64,000 nt of DNA from Dehalococcoidia bacterium (GTDB lineage Bacteria > Chloroflexota > Dehalococcoidia > Lucifugimonadales > UBA3495): NCBI GenBank assembly GCA_030740155.1, contig JASLXV010000032.1, positions 87,361-151,360 on the forward strand, written 5' to 3'. The notes under the pieces were generated by a model. It did no database searches. It was not told where the DNA came from and saw only the letters and a list, made by a program, of their open reading frames with translations. A program made the translations under genes and the position numbers. Below are positions 26,634 to 37,075 of this stretch, one piece after another; the first letter of the stretch is position 1; each line of letters begins with the position of its first letter.

Positions 26634-27470
26634 GTGCGGCGGATCACCGATAACGTGTTCGTGGAGACCCAGGTCAGGGGCTGCAATCACGGGTTCGTGA
26701 CGACTTCCGACGGTATCGTCATGATCGACAGCCCTCAGAAGCCCAGCGACGCCCTGAAGCTGAAGGCGGAGCTGGCCACGCGGGGACGGCTTCGCTACAT
26801 CATCAACACCGAGCCCCACGGCGACCATTGGACCGGAAACGCTTTTTTCGACGCTCCGGTCGTCGCCCACGAAGGCGTGAGAACCCGCATGCTCGCCACC
26901 GATATGGCGAAGCACCTGGCCTGGGTGGCTGATATGGGGCCCGAAGAGCCCGGCCTGCTCCAAGGTTACGAGGCCAACGCCCCCGTCATGACCTTCCACA
27001 GCGGAATGAACCTCCACGTGGGAGACCACACCTTCCAGATGATCCACATGCCCGGCCACACCCTTTATCAGGCGGCCATTCTGATCAAAGAGGAGGGAGT
27101 GGTTTTTACCAGCGACAACATTTTCCACAAGGTGCACACCTGGTTGCAGGAAGCGGACCCGGACCGGTGGCTGGCGTCGCTGGAATCGCTGCGGAAGCTG
27201 GACGAGGAGATATTCGTGCCCGGCCACGGGGATCTGTGCGGCAAAGACTACCTGGACGAGCAGGGCTCCTTCGTCTTGGAATGGAAGGAGTACGTCAAGG
27301 ACGCCGTCGACCGGGGCATGACCAAGGATGAGGCGGTGGCCGGCCTCACCAAGATGACGGACCGGTACCCCATGGACGTGGAGCAGGAGGGGATGGCCCC
27401 CGGGGTGATGCGGAGGAACGTGGCCAACTTGTATGACGACCTGACGGGCGCCTGGTCCCCTCCGGGGTAG
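26634..27470 (+). CDS. Metallo-beta-lactamase fold hydrolase (cyclase-like)
   Basis: TEPHGDHWTGN, PGHT, TSD and VPGHG motifs. Confidence 0.88.
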   Translation: MRRITDNVFVETQVRGCNHGFVTTSDGIVMIDSPQKPSDALKLKAELATRGRLRYIINTEPHGDHWTGNAFFDAPVVAHEGVRTRMLATDMAKHLAWVADMGPEEPGLLQGYEANAPVMTFHSGMNLHVGDHTFQMIHMPGHTLYQAAILIKEEGVVFTSDNIFHKVHTWLQEADPDRWLASLESLRKLDEEIFVPGHGDLCGKDYLDEQGSFVLEWKEYVKDAVDRGMTKDEAVAGLTKMTDRYPMDVEQEGMAPGVMRRNVANLYDDLTGAWSPPG

Positions 27471-27497
27471 CGTGGCTGGAATGCTGTCTCGTATCTT

Positions 27498-27564
27498 CGT
27501 CTTCCCGGCGTAGGCCGGGAACCAGCCCCCGCATCTCTGGATTCCGGCCTACGCCGGAATGACG
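27498..27564. repeat. CGTC-type REP-like inverted dimer
   Basis: CGTCTTCCCGGCGTAGGCCGGGAACCAG ... CTGGATTCCGGCCTACGCCGGAATGACG. Confidence 0.75.
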
Positions 27565-27638
27565 GTGTTTCTGAGGGTCCTATCGCTTTGAGATTGTCGT
27601 AGGTCAGGGGCCGGAACCAGATAAGCTCTCGACCGGGT

Positions 27639-28334
27639 CTATTCCTCTGCCGGGGGCTCCTCCGGGGGCTCTTCGGGAGTCTCTTCAGGTTCTTCCTCGG
27701 AGGGAATTTCGGAGGGCATCTGCTGCCGGGCGATCCAGTTCTGCAGCCACTTGCGAAACTCGTCGAGCGCCGGCGGGGAAACGTAAAACACCTCGATATC
27801 CGCCGGAAACTGAATCTGGTGCCGCTCGCTCACCAGGAGCAATCCGGCCTCGTCTTCCCCCAGGGTGGAGTCGATCTGCTTCGCAATGTGATCGTAGCGG
27901 CTCCGGTTGCTCTCGGCAAACCACTCCTGGAGCTTTTGCGCCACCGTTCCGCTGATGAGGGGCAGCATCAGGCATCTCTGGAGGTCCAGAATTTCCGCCA
28001 GCAGGCCCGTATCCTCGGTGGCCTCTAGCGTAGCGCCGGACTCACACTTGGCCTTGACGAACTGGTGGCTCCGCAGGTCCATTCTTTCCAGATGGTCCAA
28101 GCCTTCCTGGCCACCAACGGGTACGCTTTCGTGATACAGGTGGCGCAGGCCGCCCAGCGCCGACTCCAGCGAACTCACCTGGGTCTGCATCTGGTCCCAG
28201 TACTTGGCCAGGGCGGCCACGCCATCCCGCGCCTCGTCGGGCGGCCCGAACATCAGGGGAACCAGCAGCAGCTTCCTGCGCCCCTGATACTGCTCGGCGG
28301 CGGGCCGGGATATCCGGCCTATCTCCTGGGCCAT
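27639..28334 (-). CDS. Hypothetical protein with acidic EEP-repeat tail
   Basis: GGAGGT RBS before MAQEIGRISRP (28334); globular composition. Confidence 0.75.
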   Translation of the reverse strand: MAQEIGRISRPAAEQYQGRRKLLLVPLMFGPPDEARDGVAALAKYWDQMQTQVSSLESALGGLRHLYHESVPVGGQEGLDHLERMDLRSHQFVKAKCESGATLEATEDTGLLAEILDLQRCLMLPLISGTVAQKLQEWFAESNRSRYDHIAKQIDSTLGEDEAGLLLVSERHQIQFPADIEVFYVSPPALDEFRKWLQNWIARQQMPSEIPSEEEPEETPEEPPEEPPAEE

Positions 28335-28560
28335 CTGGCCACCTCCGGATTCGCGGGCAACGGATAGGGGCCGCCGGGCTGCCGGACGGAGTTGCACCCA
28401 CGGCCGCCGTCCAGTATAACCCATGACCTGCGGCAGGCTACTGCCGCGCCGCCCCGGTATGCAGCGGTTCCTCCATAACACTGCCGTAATACTTTTCATG
28501 ACATGCTGGTTTCGTTGGCAACCCGTACCAGACGGCCTCTGGTGGTGAGGAGGGTCGAAA

Positions 28561-29154
28561 ATGAACTGGCTGGATTTGGCTATACTCGGCAGTATCGCGA
28601 TCGGGGCCTTGATGGGGATGTGGATCGGAGTGATACGGGCCGCGTTTACCGCCGCCGGGGTGGTTTTGGGAATCCTGATGGCCGGGCACTTTAGAGGCAA
28701 CGTGGAGGCGCTGGTTGCCGGCCACGTTGCCAGCGATACCCTGATAACCGTGCTGGGCTATGCCATCATCATCCTGGCGGTTGCCGGCGGGGCCGTCATC
28801 GCGGTAACCATTGTGCGCAAGCTGGCTTCGATGCTGCTTCTCGGTTGGGCGGATCGAGCCGGCGGCATGGCCTTGGGCCTGGTGGCCGCCACCTTGGTCT
28901 CGGCGGCGGCTATCGTGGGCCTGGTGGGCCTGGCCGATAGCTACGAACTTCCCCGCGACGGGGTGGCCGGGACCGTCTTGGAGAACACCCCCTGGCTGGA
29001 CGAGGCGCGGGAGGGACTGCGGAAGTCTCTCGATGATTCAGTGATGGTGTCCGTGCTGGCCGGCGTGACGGATACCGTTCCCATCGGCGCGCTGGCTCGA
29101 GTAACGTCAGAACCCGCGGGGGCCGGCCACAGCCTGTGGCCGTTGGTCCAGTGA
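28561..29154 (+). CDS. CvpA (colicin V production) family membrane protein
   Basis: MNWLD...G...G.IR start and DR..G..LG motif; four TMs. Confidence 0.85.
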   Translation: MNWLDLAILGSIAIGALMGMWIGVIRAAFTAAGVVLGILMAGHFRGNVEALVAGHVASDTLITVLGYAIIILAVAGGAVIAVTIVRKLASMLLLGWADRAGGMALGLVAATLVSAAAIVGLVGLADSYELPRDGVAGTVLENTPWLDEAREGLRKSLDDSVMVSVLAGVTDTVPIGALARVTSEPAGAGHSLWPLVQ

Positions 29155-29216
29155 GCGCCGGGCGGGATTGCTCATCCGGCTGACGGGCCTGGTGCTGGAA
29201 GTAACCGCGCGTATCA

Positions 29217-29312
29217 TCCGCCCGCCCGAGCATGCCGGAGGGCGCGATGCCGCTGGTTCGACAAGCTCACCACGAACGGGAAAGCTCCGTTCGCCCGGAG
29301 CGGTTCGAAGCA
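29217..29312. repeat. TTCGACAAGCTCA-type palindromic repeat
   Basis: TGGTTCGACAAGCTCACCACGAACGGGAAA (29254-29283) is identical to 47794-47823, with degenerate inverted arms on both sides. Confidence 0.75.
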
Positions 29313-29348
29313 CCGGGTCCGGCCTGTTTTGAAATCTTCGGATCGGCC

Positions 29349-30179
29349 CTAATCCAGGCTGTCGATGAACCGGAGCGTCTCCTCCACACAGCGGTCGGGC
29401 ATCAGTAGCTGGATGCCGGCGGCCACATTGGGAAAGACGACGAGTCCCCGGCAATCCGGGAGTTGGCTTCTGATGAAGAGTTGGTCGTCGATTGGAGAGT
29501 TGGCGCTCTTGTCGCCGGTCATGAGCAGCGTCGGGGCCTGAATCTTGGAGAGCGCCCCGGACACGTCGGCCGTCTGGACGATGTAGTGAAGCCCTACTGC
29601 CACTTCATGGGGCGTTTTCGAGTGCTCGTCGAGGTGCCACTCCAGCATCTTGGGGTCGGCCAGGTCCATATCCATGCGGTTGGGCCAGGTGTTGATCAGC
29701 CACTGCCGAAGCCCCAGCTTTTCCACGCCGTCCGCCATCGAGGCGGTTCCCTGGACGTAGAGCGACCTGGGCTTGTCCAAAATCTTGTACGGGGAGTTCA
29801 CCAGGGTCAGGCTCTTGATGCGCTCGGGGTGGTTGATGGCGAAAACCATCCCGATGGTTCCCCCTGATTCGAAGCCGATCCAGTGGAACTTCTTGATGCC
29901 CGCGTGGTCGGCGATGGCCAGGGCGTCCTCGGCCAGACGTTCGGCCGTCCAGGGCGTTCCGGCGGGCGGCACCTGGGAGTGGCCACAGCCCCGGCAGTCG
30001 TTTCTGATCACCTTATACTTGCGCGACAGGCCGGGCACCCATTGAATCCACCACTTCATGCTCCGGGCGTAGCCGTGGTGCATGAAGATAGCCTCGTCGG
30101 TCTCCGGGGCCCACGGGTCTCTGAAATCATCCACGTGGTAGTGAAGCTCCACTCCATCGTCGGTCGTTACTTTCGGCAT
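29349..30179 (-). CDS. Alpha/beta hydrolase fold protein with non-canonical catalytic residues
   Basis: HHGYA, D.RG.GHS, elbow GFESGG, I.APTLL.TGD. Confidence 0.85.
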   Translation of the reverse strand: MPKVTTDDGVELHYHVDDFRDPWAPETDEAIFMHHGYARSMKWWIQWVPGLSRKYKVIRNDCRGCGHSQVPPAGTPWTAERLAEDALAIADHAGIKKFHWIGFESGGTIGMVFAINHPERIKSLTLVNSPYKILDKPRSLYVQGTASMADGVEKLGLRQWLINTWPNRMDMDLADPKMLEWHLDEHSKTPHEVAVGLHYIVQTADVSGALSKIQAPTLLMTGDKSANSPIDDQLFIRSQLPDCRGLVVFPNVAAGIQLLMPDRCVEETLRFIDSLD

Positions 30180-30384
30180 CGGCCCAAACCTCCAAGGGGA
30201 AAGAGTTCCTTCCGGCCAGGGTAGATATTAGGGCCTATCCGGCCGGTTGACAACCGTTGCCCAGGCCGGCACCCGTGGGGCCGGGGCCGCCGCGCTAGCC
30301 GCACCTCGCGTTTTCCTACTCTAGTGTTACCTATGCCCCCGGTCTGGATCTAACCCATGTGCCCGGTTGCGCCGGAGCCTGCTC

Positions 30385-30450
30385 CCTCACCCTGACCTCG
30401 ATAGATCGAGGTCTTCCCTCTCCCTCAGGGAGAGGGACCGAGGGTGAGGG
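30385..30450. repeat. CCCTCACCC/GGGAGAGGG palindromic repeat
   Basis: CCCTCACCCT...CCCTCTCCCTCAGGGAGAGGG..AGGGTGAGGG nested hairpins; related pyrimidine/purine-skewed element near 58441-58520. Confidence 0.6.
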
Positions 30451-30570
30451 CAAAAGGCCGTCCGCCTACTGTGGCGGGGTATTGAATCGTGGGGTACAAT
30501 TGGCCCCAGCCGGGTTCCGGCAACTATTCGAAAAGGCGATATTGGCGAAACCGGTGGCAGGGAGAGGACC

Positions 30571-31539
30571 ATGGCTTTGGGATCGCAGCAACTGCTAGAA
30601 ATGTACCGGAAGATGGCTACCATCCGTGAATTCGACCGGAAGGCCGTGGAGGAGTTCCACCATGGCAACATTCCGGGGGTGGTCCACGCCTACATCGGCG
30701 AGGAGGCGGTGGCCGTTGGGGTGTGCTCCGCACTGCGCCTGGAAGACCGGATCACCAGCACCCACCGGGGACACGGCCATACCATCGCCAAGGGCGCCGA
30801 CATCAAGCTGATGATGGCGGAACTGTTCGGGCGGAGCAACGGCTACTGCCACGGCAAGGGCGGCTCGATGCACATCGCCGACTTCAGCGTGGGCATGCTG
30901 GGGGCCAACGGCATCGTGGGGGCAGGATTGCCCATCGCCACTGGGGCGGCCCTGGCGGCCCAATTGGAAGGCGGCGACCGGGTGGCGGTGTGCTTTTTCG
31001 GCGATGGCGCCTCCAACGAGGGATCTTTTCACGGCTCCTTGAACCTGGCATCCATCTGGAAGCTGCCCATCATCTTCCTGTGCGAGAACAACGGATGGGC
31101 CGTGTCCGTGCCGGCCTCATATGGCCTGTCGGTGGAAGACGTTGCGGTGCGGGCTTCCGCGTACAGCCTGCCGGGCGTGACGGTGGACGGCACCGACGTG
31201 CTGGCGGTACATGAGGCGGTCCAGCAGGCGGTGCAGCGGGCCAGGGCCGGGGATGGGGCCACGCTGGTCGAGTGCAAGACCCACCGCTGGCGTATTCACT
31301 CGGAGCAGCGGGGAGACCCCCAAGACCCCAGACCCGAGGAGGCCCGCGATGCCGGACCCCAGAGAGATCCCATTGAATTCTTCTCCGCCCGGCTGGTGGA
31401 GCAGGGAGTGGCCACCATTGCCGGCCTCGAACAAATAAACCTAGAGGTTGAGGCCCACGTGGCGGAGGCCGTTGATTTCGCCAAGGCCAGCCCGTTGCCC
31501 AAGCCGGAGGACGCGCTGCTGGACGTGTTCGCTCCCTAG
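30571..31539 (+). CDS. TPP-dependent 2-oxoacid/acetoin dehydrogenase E1 alpha subunit
   Basis: THRGHGH, GKGGSMH and GDGASNEG...CENN motifs. Confidence 0.93.
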   Translation: MALGSQQLLEMYRKMATIREFDRKAVEEFHHGNIPGVVHAYIGEEAVAVGVCSALRLEDRITSTHRGHGHTIAKGADIKLMMAELFGRSNGYCHGKGGSMHIADFSVGMLGANGIVGAGLPIATGAALAAQLEGGDRVAVCFFGDGASNEGSFHGSLNLASIWKLPIIFLCENNGWAVSVPASYGLSVEDVAVRASAYSLPGVTVDGTDVLAVHEAVQQAVQRARAGDGATLVECKTHRWRIHSEQRGDPQDPRPEEARDAGPQRDPIEFFSARLVEQGVATIAGLEQINLEVEAHVAEAVDFAKASPLPKPEDALLDVFAP

Positions 31540-31592
31540 ACAGGGCGGAGCCGGGGACGGCAACCCTATCAACCGAATTCGAGGGTGAAACC

Positions 31593-32558
31593 ATGAGAGA
31601 AATCACCTACACGGAAGCCTTGATGGAAGCCTTTCGCGAGGAGATGCGCCGTGACGAGAAGGTGTTCCATCTCTGCGGGGGCTTGGGGGCCCTGGCGGGG
31701 CTCATCCCCGAGTTCGGCCAGGCGCGGGTCCGGGTCTGTCCCATCTCCGAGGAGGCCTACGTGGGAGCGAGCATCGGCGCCGCGGGCAGCGGCTTTCGTC
31801 CAATTGTCAGTCCGGGGATGATGACCTTCGCTTTCACCGCCATGGACCAGATAGTGAACCAGATGGCGAAAATCCACTACATGTTTGGCGGGCAGGCGAC
31901 ATTTCCCATCGTGTTCCGGGCCAACACCGGGGGCGGCCGGTCCGCCGCCGCCCAGCACTCGCAGAGTCCCCACCCGATGTTCATGAGCCTGGCCGGGCTA
32001 AAACTGATCATGCCCTCCAACCCCTACGACGGCAAAGGGCTGATGAAGAGCGCCATCCGGGACAATAACCCCGTGGTGTTCTTCGAGGACCAGATGATGG
32101 ATCTGGGGGGAATGACCGGCCCGGTGCCCGAGGAGGAGTACACCATACCCATCGGCGTGGCCGACATCAAGCGCCAGGGTAAAGACATCACCGTGGTGGC
32201 CATTTCCAAGATGGTGCGAGAGTCCCTCGCCGCCGCCGGGGAGTTGGCGAAGGATGGGGTCTCGGTGGAGGTGGTGGACCCCCGGACCCTGGTTCCCCTG
32301 GACCGGGAGGCGATCAGAGCGTCGGTAAGGAAGACGGGCAGGCTGGTGGTCGTTGACGAGGCGTGCATCACCTGTAGCGCGGCCGCCGAGATCGCGACGG
32401 TGGTCACCGAAGACCCGGCTACCTTCCGCGCGCTGAAGGCCCCTCCCAAACGGGTCTGCGCCCCCGACGTTCCCATCCCCTACAGCCCGATCATGGAGAA
32501 GTTCTGCATCCCGGACCAGGCGGACATTATTCAGGCTGTCAAAGAGGTCCTGGCCTGA
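31593..32558 (+). CDS. TPP-dependent dehydrogenase E1 beta subunit
   Basis: PISE, AMDQIVNQ.AK, AQHSQS and DPRTLVPLD motifs. Confidence 0.93.
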   Translation: MREITYTEALMEAFREEMRRDEKVFHLCGGLGALAGLIPEFGQARVRVCPISEEAYVGASIGAAGSGFRPIVSPGMMTFAFTAMDQIVNQMAKIHYMFGGQATFPIVFRANTGGGRSAAAQHSQSPHPMFMSLAGLKLIMPSNPYDGKGLMKSAIRDNNPVVFFEDQMMDLGGMTGPVPEEEYTIPIGVADIKRQGKDITVVAISKMVRESLAAAGELAKDGVSVEVVDPRTLVPLDREAIRASVRKTGRLVVVDEACITCSAAAEIATVVTEDPATFRALKAPPKRVCAPDVPIPYSPIMEKFCIPDQADIIQAVKEVLA

Positions 32559-32674
32559 ACCGCAAGCTGAGGTTCTTTCCGGAGGGGCTCGGTGGACACC
32601 GGCCGCGTTCTTGCCACCGTTGCCCCGTTGGTTCACTATCTTCACGGCGGGAGACCAAATGATCGTGATCGGGC

Positions 32675-33931
32675 ATGACGATTAAAGACACGACGCAGCC
32701 CCAGCCCCAATCTGACGAAGACCGAGACGTTCGCCTGCGCGGCGGATTCATCGTCTCCGGACTGGCGAGCGGGCACGCCCCGTTCCACTGGTTTCTACAG
32801 AGCTTCGTCGTCGTGCTGCCGGAAATCCAGAGTGCTTTTCAGCTCAGCGCCGTTGGAGTGGGCGCTATCCTCACCGTCCGGGAGCTGGCGTCGGGGATCG
32901 TGGCCCTGCCCGGCGGTGTGGTGGTGGACATTCTTCGGAAGCACTGGGGACTGGTTCTGGCGGCCTGCATCGGAATCTTCAGCCTGGGCGCCTTCGCCAT
33001 GGGCCTGTCTCCGGCCTATCCGGTATTGCTAGTCGGAATTGCTCTCGTGGCGATGTCCCACTCTATCTGGCATCTGGCGGCGGCGAGTTCAATGTCGTAT
33101 CACTTCGCCCAACGTCGCGGCCTGGCCTTATCCTTTCACGGCGTCGGCGGCAGTATCGGAGACGTGGCGGGGCCGGTGGTCACCGGGACGTTGCTGGCGG
33201 TGCTGAGCTGGCGCGGCATCCTCAGCGTGTACGCCGTGGTGCCGTTCTTCATGGCATTCATGGCGTATTGGGCGTTCCGGCGTTTGGGAAAGAATGCCAA
33301 AGGGGTCGTGGAAAGCGGCCCTGATCTCAAGGTGAGGGCCCGGGTTGAGGTGACCAAGCGCCTGTTCAAGAGCCCCGTGCTGTGGGGGATCACGCTGGTC
33401 AAGGGGTTGCGGGGAATGGCGCTGGTGGGGCTGGTCACCCTGCTGCCCCTTTATCTGGATAACGACCTGGGGCTGAGCTCGTTCAGCCGGGGGATTCACA
33501 TCGGGCTGCTGATAGCTATCGGATTGGTGGCCAAGCCGGTGGCGGGCTACATCTCGGACCGGGTGGGCCGAAAGCAGGTGCTGGTGCCGGGCCTGCTGTG
33601 GTCATGCGTCATCTGCCTTCTGATCATACCCTACGGCGACGGACTGGCGCTGACCGTCCTGGTCGCCCTACTGGGCCTGTTTCTGTACCCGGATCAGCCG
33701 ATACTGACGGCGGCAACCCTGGACATCGTGGGTACCGACGTTGCCTCCACCGCCCTCGGGATGATGGCGTTCATCGGGTTCCTCCTCAGCGCGGTATCGG
33801 CGCTGATAGTCGGGGGATTGTATGAGACCTGGGGTGTCGACCCGGCGCTCTTCTACATCGCCACCCTGTTTGCCCTGGCGGCTACCGTGTTTGGGCTAGT
33901 GCGATTGACCCCTATTGACCGAGGTCCATGA
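32675..33931 (+). CDS. MFS transporter
   Basis: About 12 TMs; G.ISDRVGRK motif A. Confidence 0.9.
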   Translation: MTIKDTTQPQPQSDEDRDVRLRGGFIVSGLASGHAPFHWFLQSFVVVLPEIQSAFQLSAVGVGAILTVRELASGIVALPGGVVVDILRKHWGLVLAACIGIFSLGAFAMGLSPAYPVLLVGIALVAMSHSIWHLAAASSMSYHFAQRRGLALSFHGVGGSIGDVAGPVVTGTLLAVLSWRGILSVYAVVPFFMAFMAYWAFRRLGKNAKGVVESGPDLKVRARVEVTKRLFKSPVLWGITLVKGLRGMALVGLVTLLPLYLDNDLGLSSFSRGIHIGLLIAIGLVAKPVAGYISDRVGRKQVLVPGLLWSCVICLLIIPYGDGLALTVLVALLGLFLYPDQPILTAATLDIVGTDVASTALGMMAFIGFLLSAVSALIVGGLYETWGVDPALFYIATLFALAATVFGLVRLTPIDRGP

Positions 33932-34125
33932 TTCGGGCCAATCGCGCATCATTCCCTGACTGAATCTCACCTTCCCTCCCACCCGCCTCAAAACCTCTTT
34001 CCCGAGCAGGGTGAACCTTCTCATGAAGAATGGGCGGTCCGACGGGTTGATTCTGAGGGTGGCTGAGAATCGCCGGAAGGCTGGGGACCGATTAGCAAAT
34101 GGCGAGGACGCCGGTCCCTGACGCT

Positions 34126-34443
34126 TCAGGGAGCCCAGGGCACCTCGATCTCCAGGAGGGGCGCGTACTGCTGGCCCCCGAAGATGTCGCTGTCCTCCAG
34201 GTCTCCCGAGAACACCGGCCTGGGTATGCTGAACTTGATCGCCAGGGCGTTGTCACAGTTGAAGAAGAGGACCTCTTCCTCCGGCTGCCGGTACATCCGG
34301 GCGACCAGCCCCTTGTTCAGCACCCCCGAGTCCCGGACCCGGGTGTAAACCTCCGGGTCATCGAACATGATGTCAAAGGTCAGCACGAAGGGGCCGGCAT
34401 TCTTGCTGCGCACCAGCTTGGTCACTTCCCAGAGCTTGGGCAT
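34126..34443 (-). CDS. DUF4387-like small protein
   Basis: RSKNAGPF.LTFDI.F and D.FGGQQ..PLL motifs. Confidence 0.8.
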   Translation of the reverse strand: MPKLWEVTKLVRSKNAGPFVLTFDIMFDDPEVYTRVRDSGVLNKGLVARMYRQPEEEVLFFNCDNALAIKFSIPRPVFSGDLEDSDIFGGQQYAPLLEIEVPWAP

Positions 34444-34511
34444 AATCGAAACCTCCGATTACTGATCCCTGCGTGAATTGCTAAACATTGCCAGTGGCCG
34501 GGCAGGACCGG

Positions 34512-35882
34512 CTAGACCCGGACCAACTCGGTCGAGAACATTTCGTAGGGCGTTTCCGGCTCCACCACGTGGTTCAAGTTGAAGCGGTGGACCGGGCCGC
34601 GGTTGAGCACGGCGGGGCTGTAGGGGTAGGCCAGGGCCGTGATCAGGCCGTGCCACTCGGGAACCGGGTTATGCACCGCCAGATGCTGGCAGCTGTCGGC
34701 GATGGAGGTGGCCAGGTCCTCGGTTGGAGCGGTTACCTCGATGAAGATGCACAGCTCGTGGGCCAAGTGGGTCGAGGGTTCCAGGGGCCCCATGGTGCCG
34801 TTGCGGCCGTACACCCGGAAGAACACGGAGTAGTCCCGGTCCATCTCCAGCCCGCCGAAGGCGTCCTGGATTCTGACGGCCAGCCGCTGCTTCAAGTTGT
34901 CGAGCCAGGAATCGACCTGCCGGATGATGATGGGGTCCCGGATGCTGCCGATAACCACGCTCTGGTATCCCGCCAGCTCAACTCCCTCCAGTTTCACCGT
35001 GTAGGTTTTCGCCGGCACCCATCCGCAGCCCGAGACCTTCACCGCCCGGCCGGAAACCGCCTCGTAACGGGCATCGGTGGTGTCGAGCATTCCAGAGGCT
35101 TCGTAGAGGTGAAAGGGGTCCGCGTTCTCGTACAGGGTGTGGGACGCCACGCTCTGCGGGGTGCACCAAAGCTCTTCACCGGGCGGTTCCACGATGAAGT
35201 GGTCCTTGCGGATGGTGGCGAACATGCAATCGGGGGCCCGGCGAATGGCGGCGCAGGCCGCGCCGCATTCCAGGGTTTTGGCGGCGTGCCACACCGGGCC
35301 TTCGGCGAAACCGCGGGCCATGGGAATGGCGGCGAAGAGGGAGGTATCGCTGGACCGGCCGGCCAGGACCACCTCGGCCCCCTCCTCCAGGATCTTGGCG
35401 ATGGGCTCGGTCCCCATCATCCCCACGATGTGGACACTGTTGTTGATCACCTCGTCGTTGATGGGCGGCGCCGGTTGGAGGGCGTGAATCTTTCCGTCGG
35501 CCAGTTTGCCTTTGAGGTATTCCCGGTCCTGCTCGGAACGAATGATCCCCAGCCGAAATCTCAGGTCATCCTCCCTGGCGATCTCGGTGATTACGTCCAA
35601 CGTCCACTGGAGGTTGAGGTCCCCGCCGCCGGAGCCGGCGGAGCCGATGATCAGCGGGATCGCGGCCCGGCGGGCGGCCAGCAGCATCAATCTTATGTCG
35701 CGCTTCACCGCGGATTTGGGGAAGTGGCACTTCCCGGTGGCCAGGGCGTCGGGGCCTCCGTCGGTGGAGCCGGCATCACAGGCGATGAAGTGAGGCTCCC
35801 ACTCCATGGCTCGGTGCAGGGACTTCTCCGCATAACCGGAGCCGAGCATACCAGTGGGCGCCAGGGCCCGAATCTCGTCCAC
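34512..35882 (-). CDS. Acyclic terpene utilisation AtuA/DUF1446 family protein
   Basis: DAGSTD.GP, GSAG.GG, AGRSSD, WH.AK.LECG and HTLYENADP motifs. Confidence 0.8.
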   Translation of the reverse strand: MDEIRALAPTGMLGSGYAEKSLHRAMEWEPHFIACDAGSTDGGPDALATGKCHFPKSAVKRDIRLMLLAARRAAIPLIIGSAGSGGGDLNLQWTLDVITEIAREDDLRFRLGIIRSEQDREYLKGKLADGKIHALQPAPPINDEVINNSVHIVGMMGTEPIAKILEEGAEVVLAGRSSDTSLFAAIPMARGFAEGPVWHAAKTLECGAACAAIRRAPDCMFATIRKDHFIVEPPGEELWCTPQSVASHTLYENADPFHLYEASGMLDTTDARYEAVSGRAVKVSGCGWVPAKTYTVKLEGVELAGYQSVVIGSIRDPIIIRQVDSWLDNLKQRLAVRIQDAFGGLEMDRDYSVFFRVYGRNGTMGPLEPSTHLAHELCIFIEVTAPTEDLATSIADSCQHLAVHNPVPEWHGLITALAYPYSPAVLNRGPVHRFNLNHVVEPETPYEMFSTELVRV

Positions 35883-36064
35883 GGCGGACCTCCTCTGGGA
35901 AGAGTGGGGCCTGGGAATCCAGCGGTTATCGTGACGCTCGCGGGCCCGGCCGACGGCCCCTTGAACTGGAGGTTACTTCGAGGCCGTGGGGGTGTCAAGG
36001 ATGGCTGGTAAGTGGAGCGGGCACACCGGCCAGGGCCGGGGATGCCGGGAGGGGTAGCGCCGGT

Positions 36065-37075
36065 TCAGCCGGGCCCCCAAACCTTTTCAAATAGCTTGAG
36101 CCAGTTCCCGCCCAGTACCTTGGTCACATCTTCCGTCCGGTACCCTCTTTTGAGCAGCGCTCCCGCGACGTTTGACAGCTTGTCCGGCGTCTCCATGCCC
36201 TGGGGATGGACCATGGGATCGGGGTAGGTAACCGGGCGCTCCCGGAACTTGGTCCCTTGTTGGGCGTACAACCAGCGGAAGAACGCCGCCGGTTGGTCCT
36301 GGGTATAGTCAGTTCCAATCCCCACGTGATCAATGCCAACCCTCTCGACCAGGTCGTCGATGGCGTCGACGTAGTCCTCAAGGGTAGACTCGAAGGTCTT
36401 GGGAAGGAAGGGCGGGAACGCGTTGGCGCCGATGACGCCTCCCCGCTCCGCGATCAGCTTCAGGGCGTCATCGGTCTTGTTGCGCACGTGCTTGTAGAAG
36501 CTCCGGGCGTTGGAATGGGTGCAGGACACGGGCTTTTCCGACCGCTCGGCGGCGTCGAGGGTAGTGCGGTCTCCCACGTGAGACAGGTCGATCAGGATGC
36601 CCAAGCGGTTCATTTCCTTGACGGCGTCCAACCCGAAATTGCTCAGGCCGTCGTCGGTGCGTTCCAGGCAACCGTTGCCCAGCAGGTTGCGCTCGTTGTA
36701 GGTAATCTGGATTATCCTCACGCCCAGGGCGTGAAACAGGGCAAGCCGGTTCAGGTCATTCCCGATGGGCGAGGTATTCTGCCACCCCAATATGACGCCG
36801 GTCTTGCCTTCCTTCTTCGCCCGGGTGATGTCCTCCACCGACTTCGCCTGGAGGAGAACATCGCCGTACTCTTCGAAACGGTGTATCCAGGCCGTGATGT
36901 TGTCCATCGTCTCCTGGAAGCCTTCCCAAACGGCGCAGGTGGCATTGATGGCGGTGACGGCGCCGGCGTGCAGGCTGCGGTAAACGGCTGGGCTGTCCCA
37001 TTGGCTCACGTTCAGCCCGTCGATGACGATCGCCTCGTCGTAGGTTCGCTGCGCGGATTCGGCTTTCTCCATCAC
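36065..37075 (-). CDS. Membrane dipeptidase (peptidase M19) family
   Basis: QITYN.RN, DLSH, THSN, RNK.D and GIDHVGIGTD motifs. Confidence 0.9.
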   Translation of the reverse strand: MMEKAESAQRTYDEAIVIDGLNVSQWDSPAVYRSLHAGAVTAINATCAVWEGFQETMDNITAWIHRFEEYGDVLLQAKSVEDITRAKKEGKTGVILGWQNTSPIGNDLNRLALFHALGVRIIQITYNERNLLGNGCLERTDDGLSNFGLDAVKEMNRLGILIDLSHVGDRTTLDAAERSEKPVSCTHSNARSFYKHVRNKTDDALKLIAERGGVIGANAFPPFLPKTFESTLEDYVDAIDDLVERVGIDHVGIGTDYTQDQPAAFFRWLYAQQGTKFRERPVTYPDPMVHPQGMETPDKLSNVAGALLKRGYRTEDVTKVLGGNWLKLFEKVWGPG

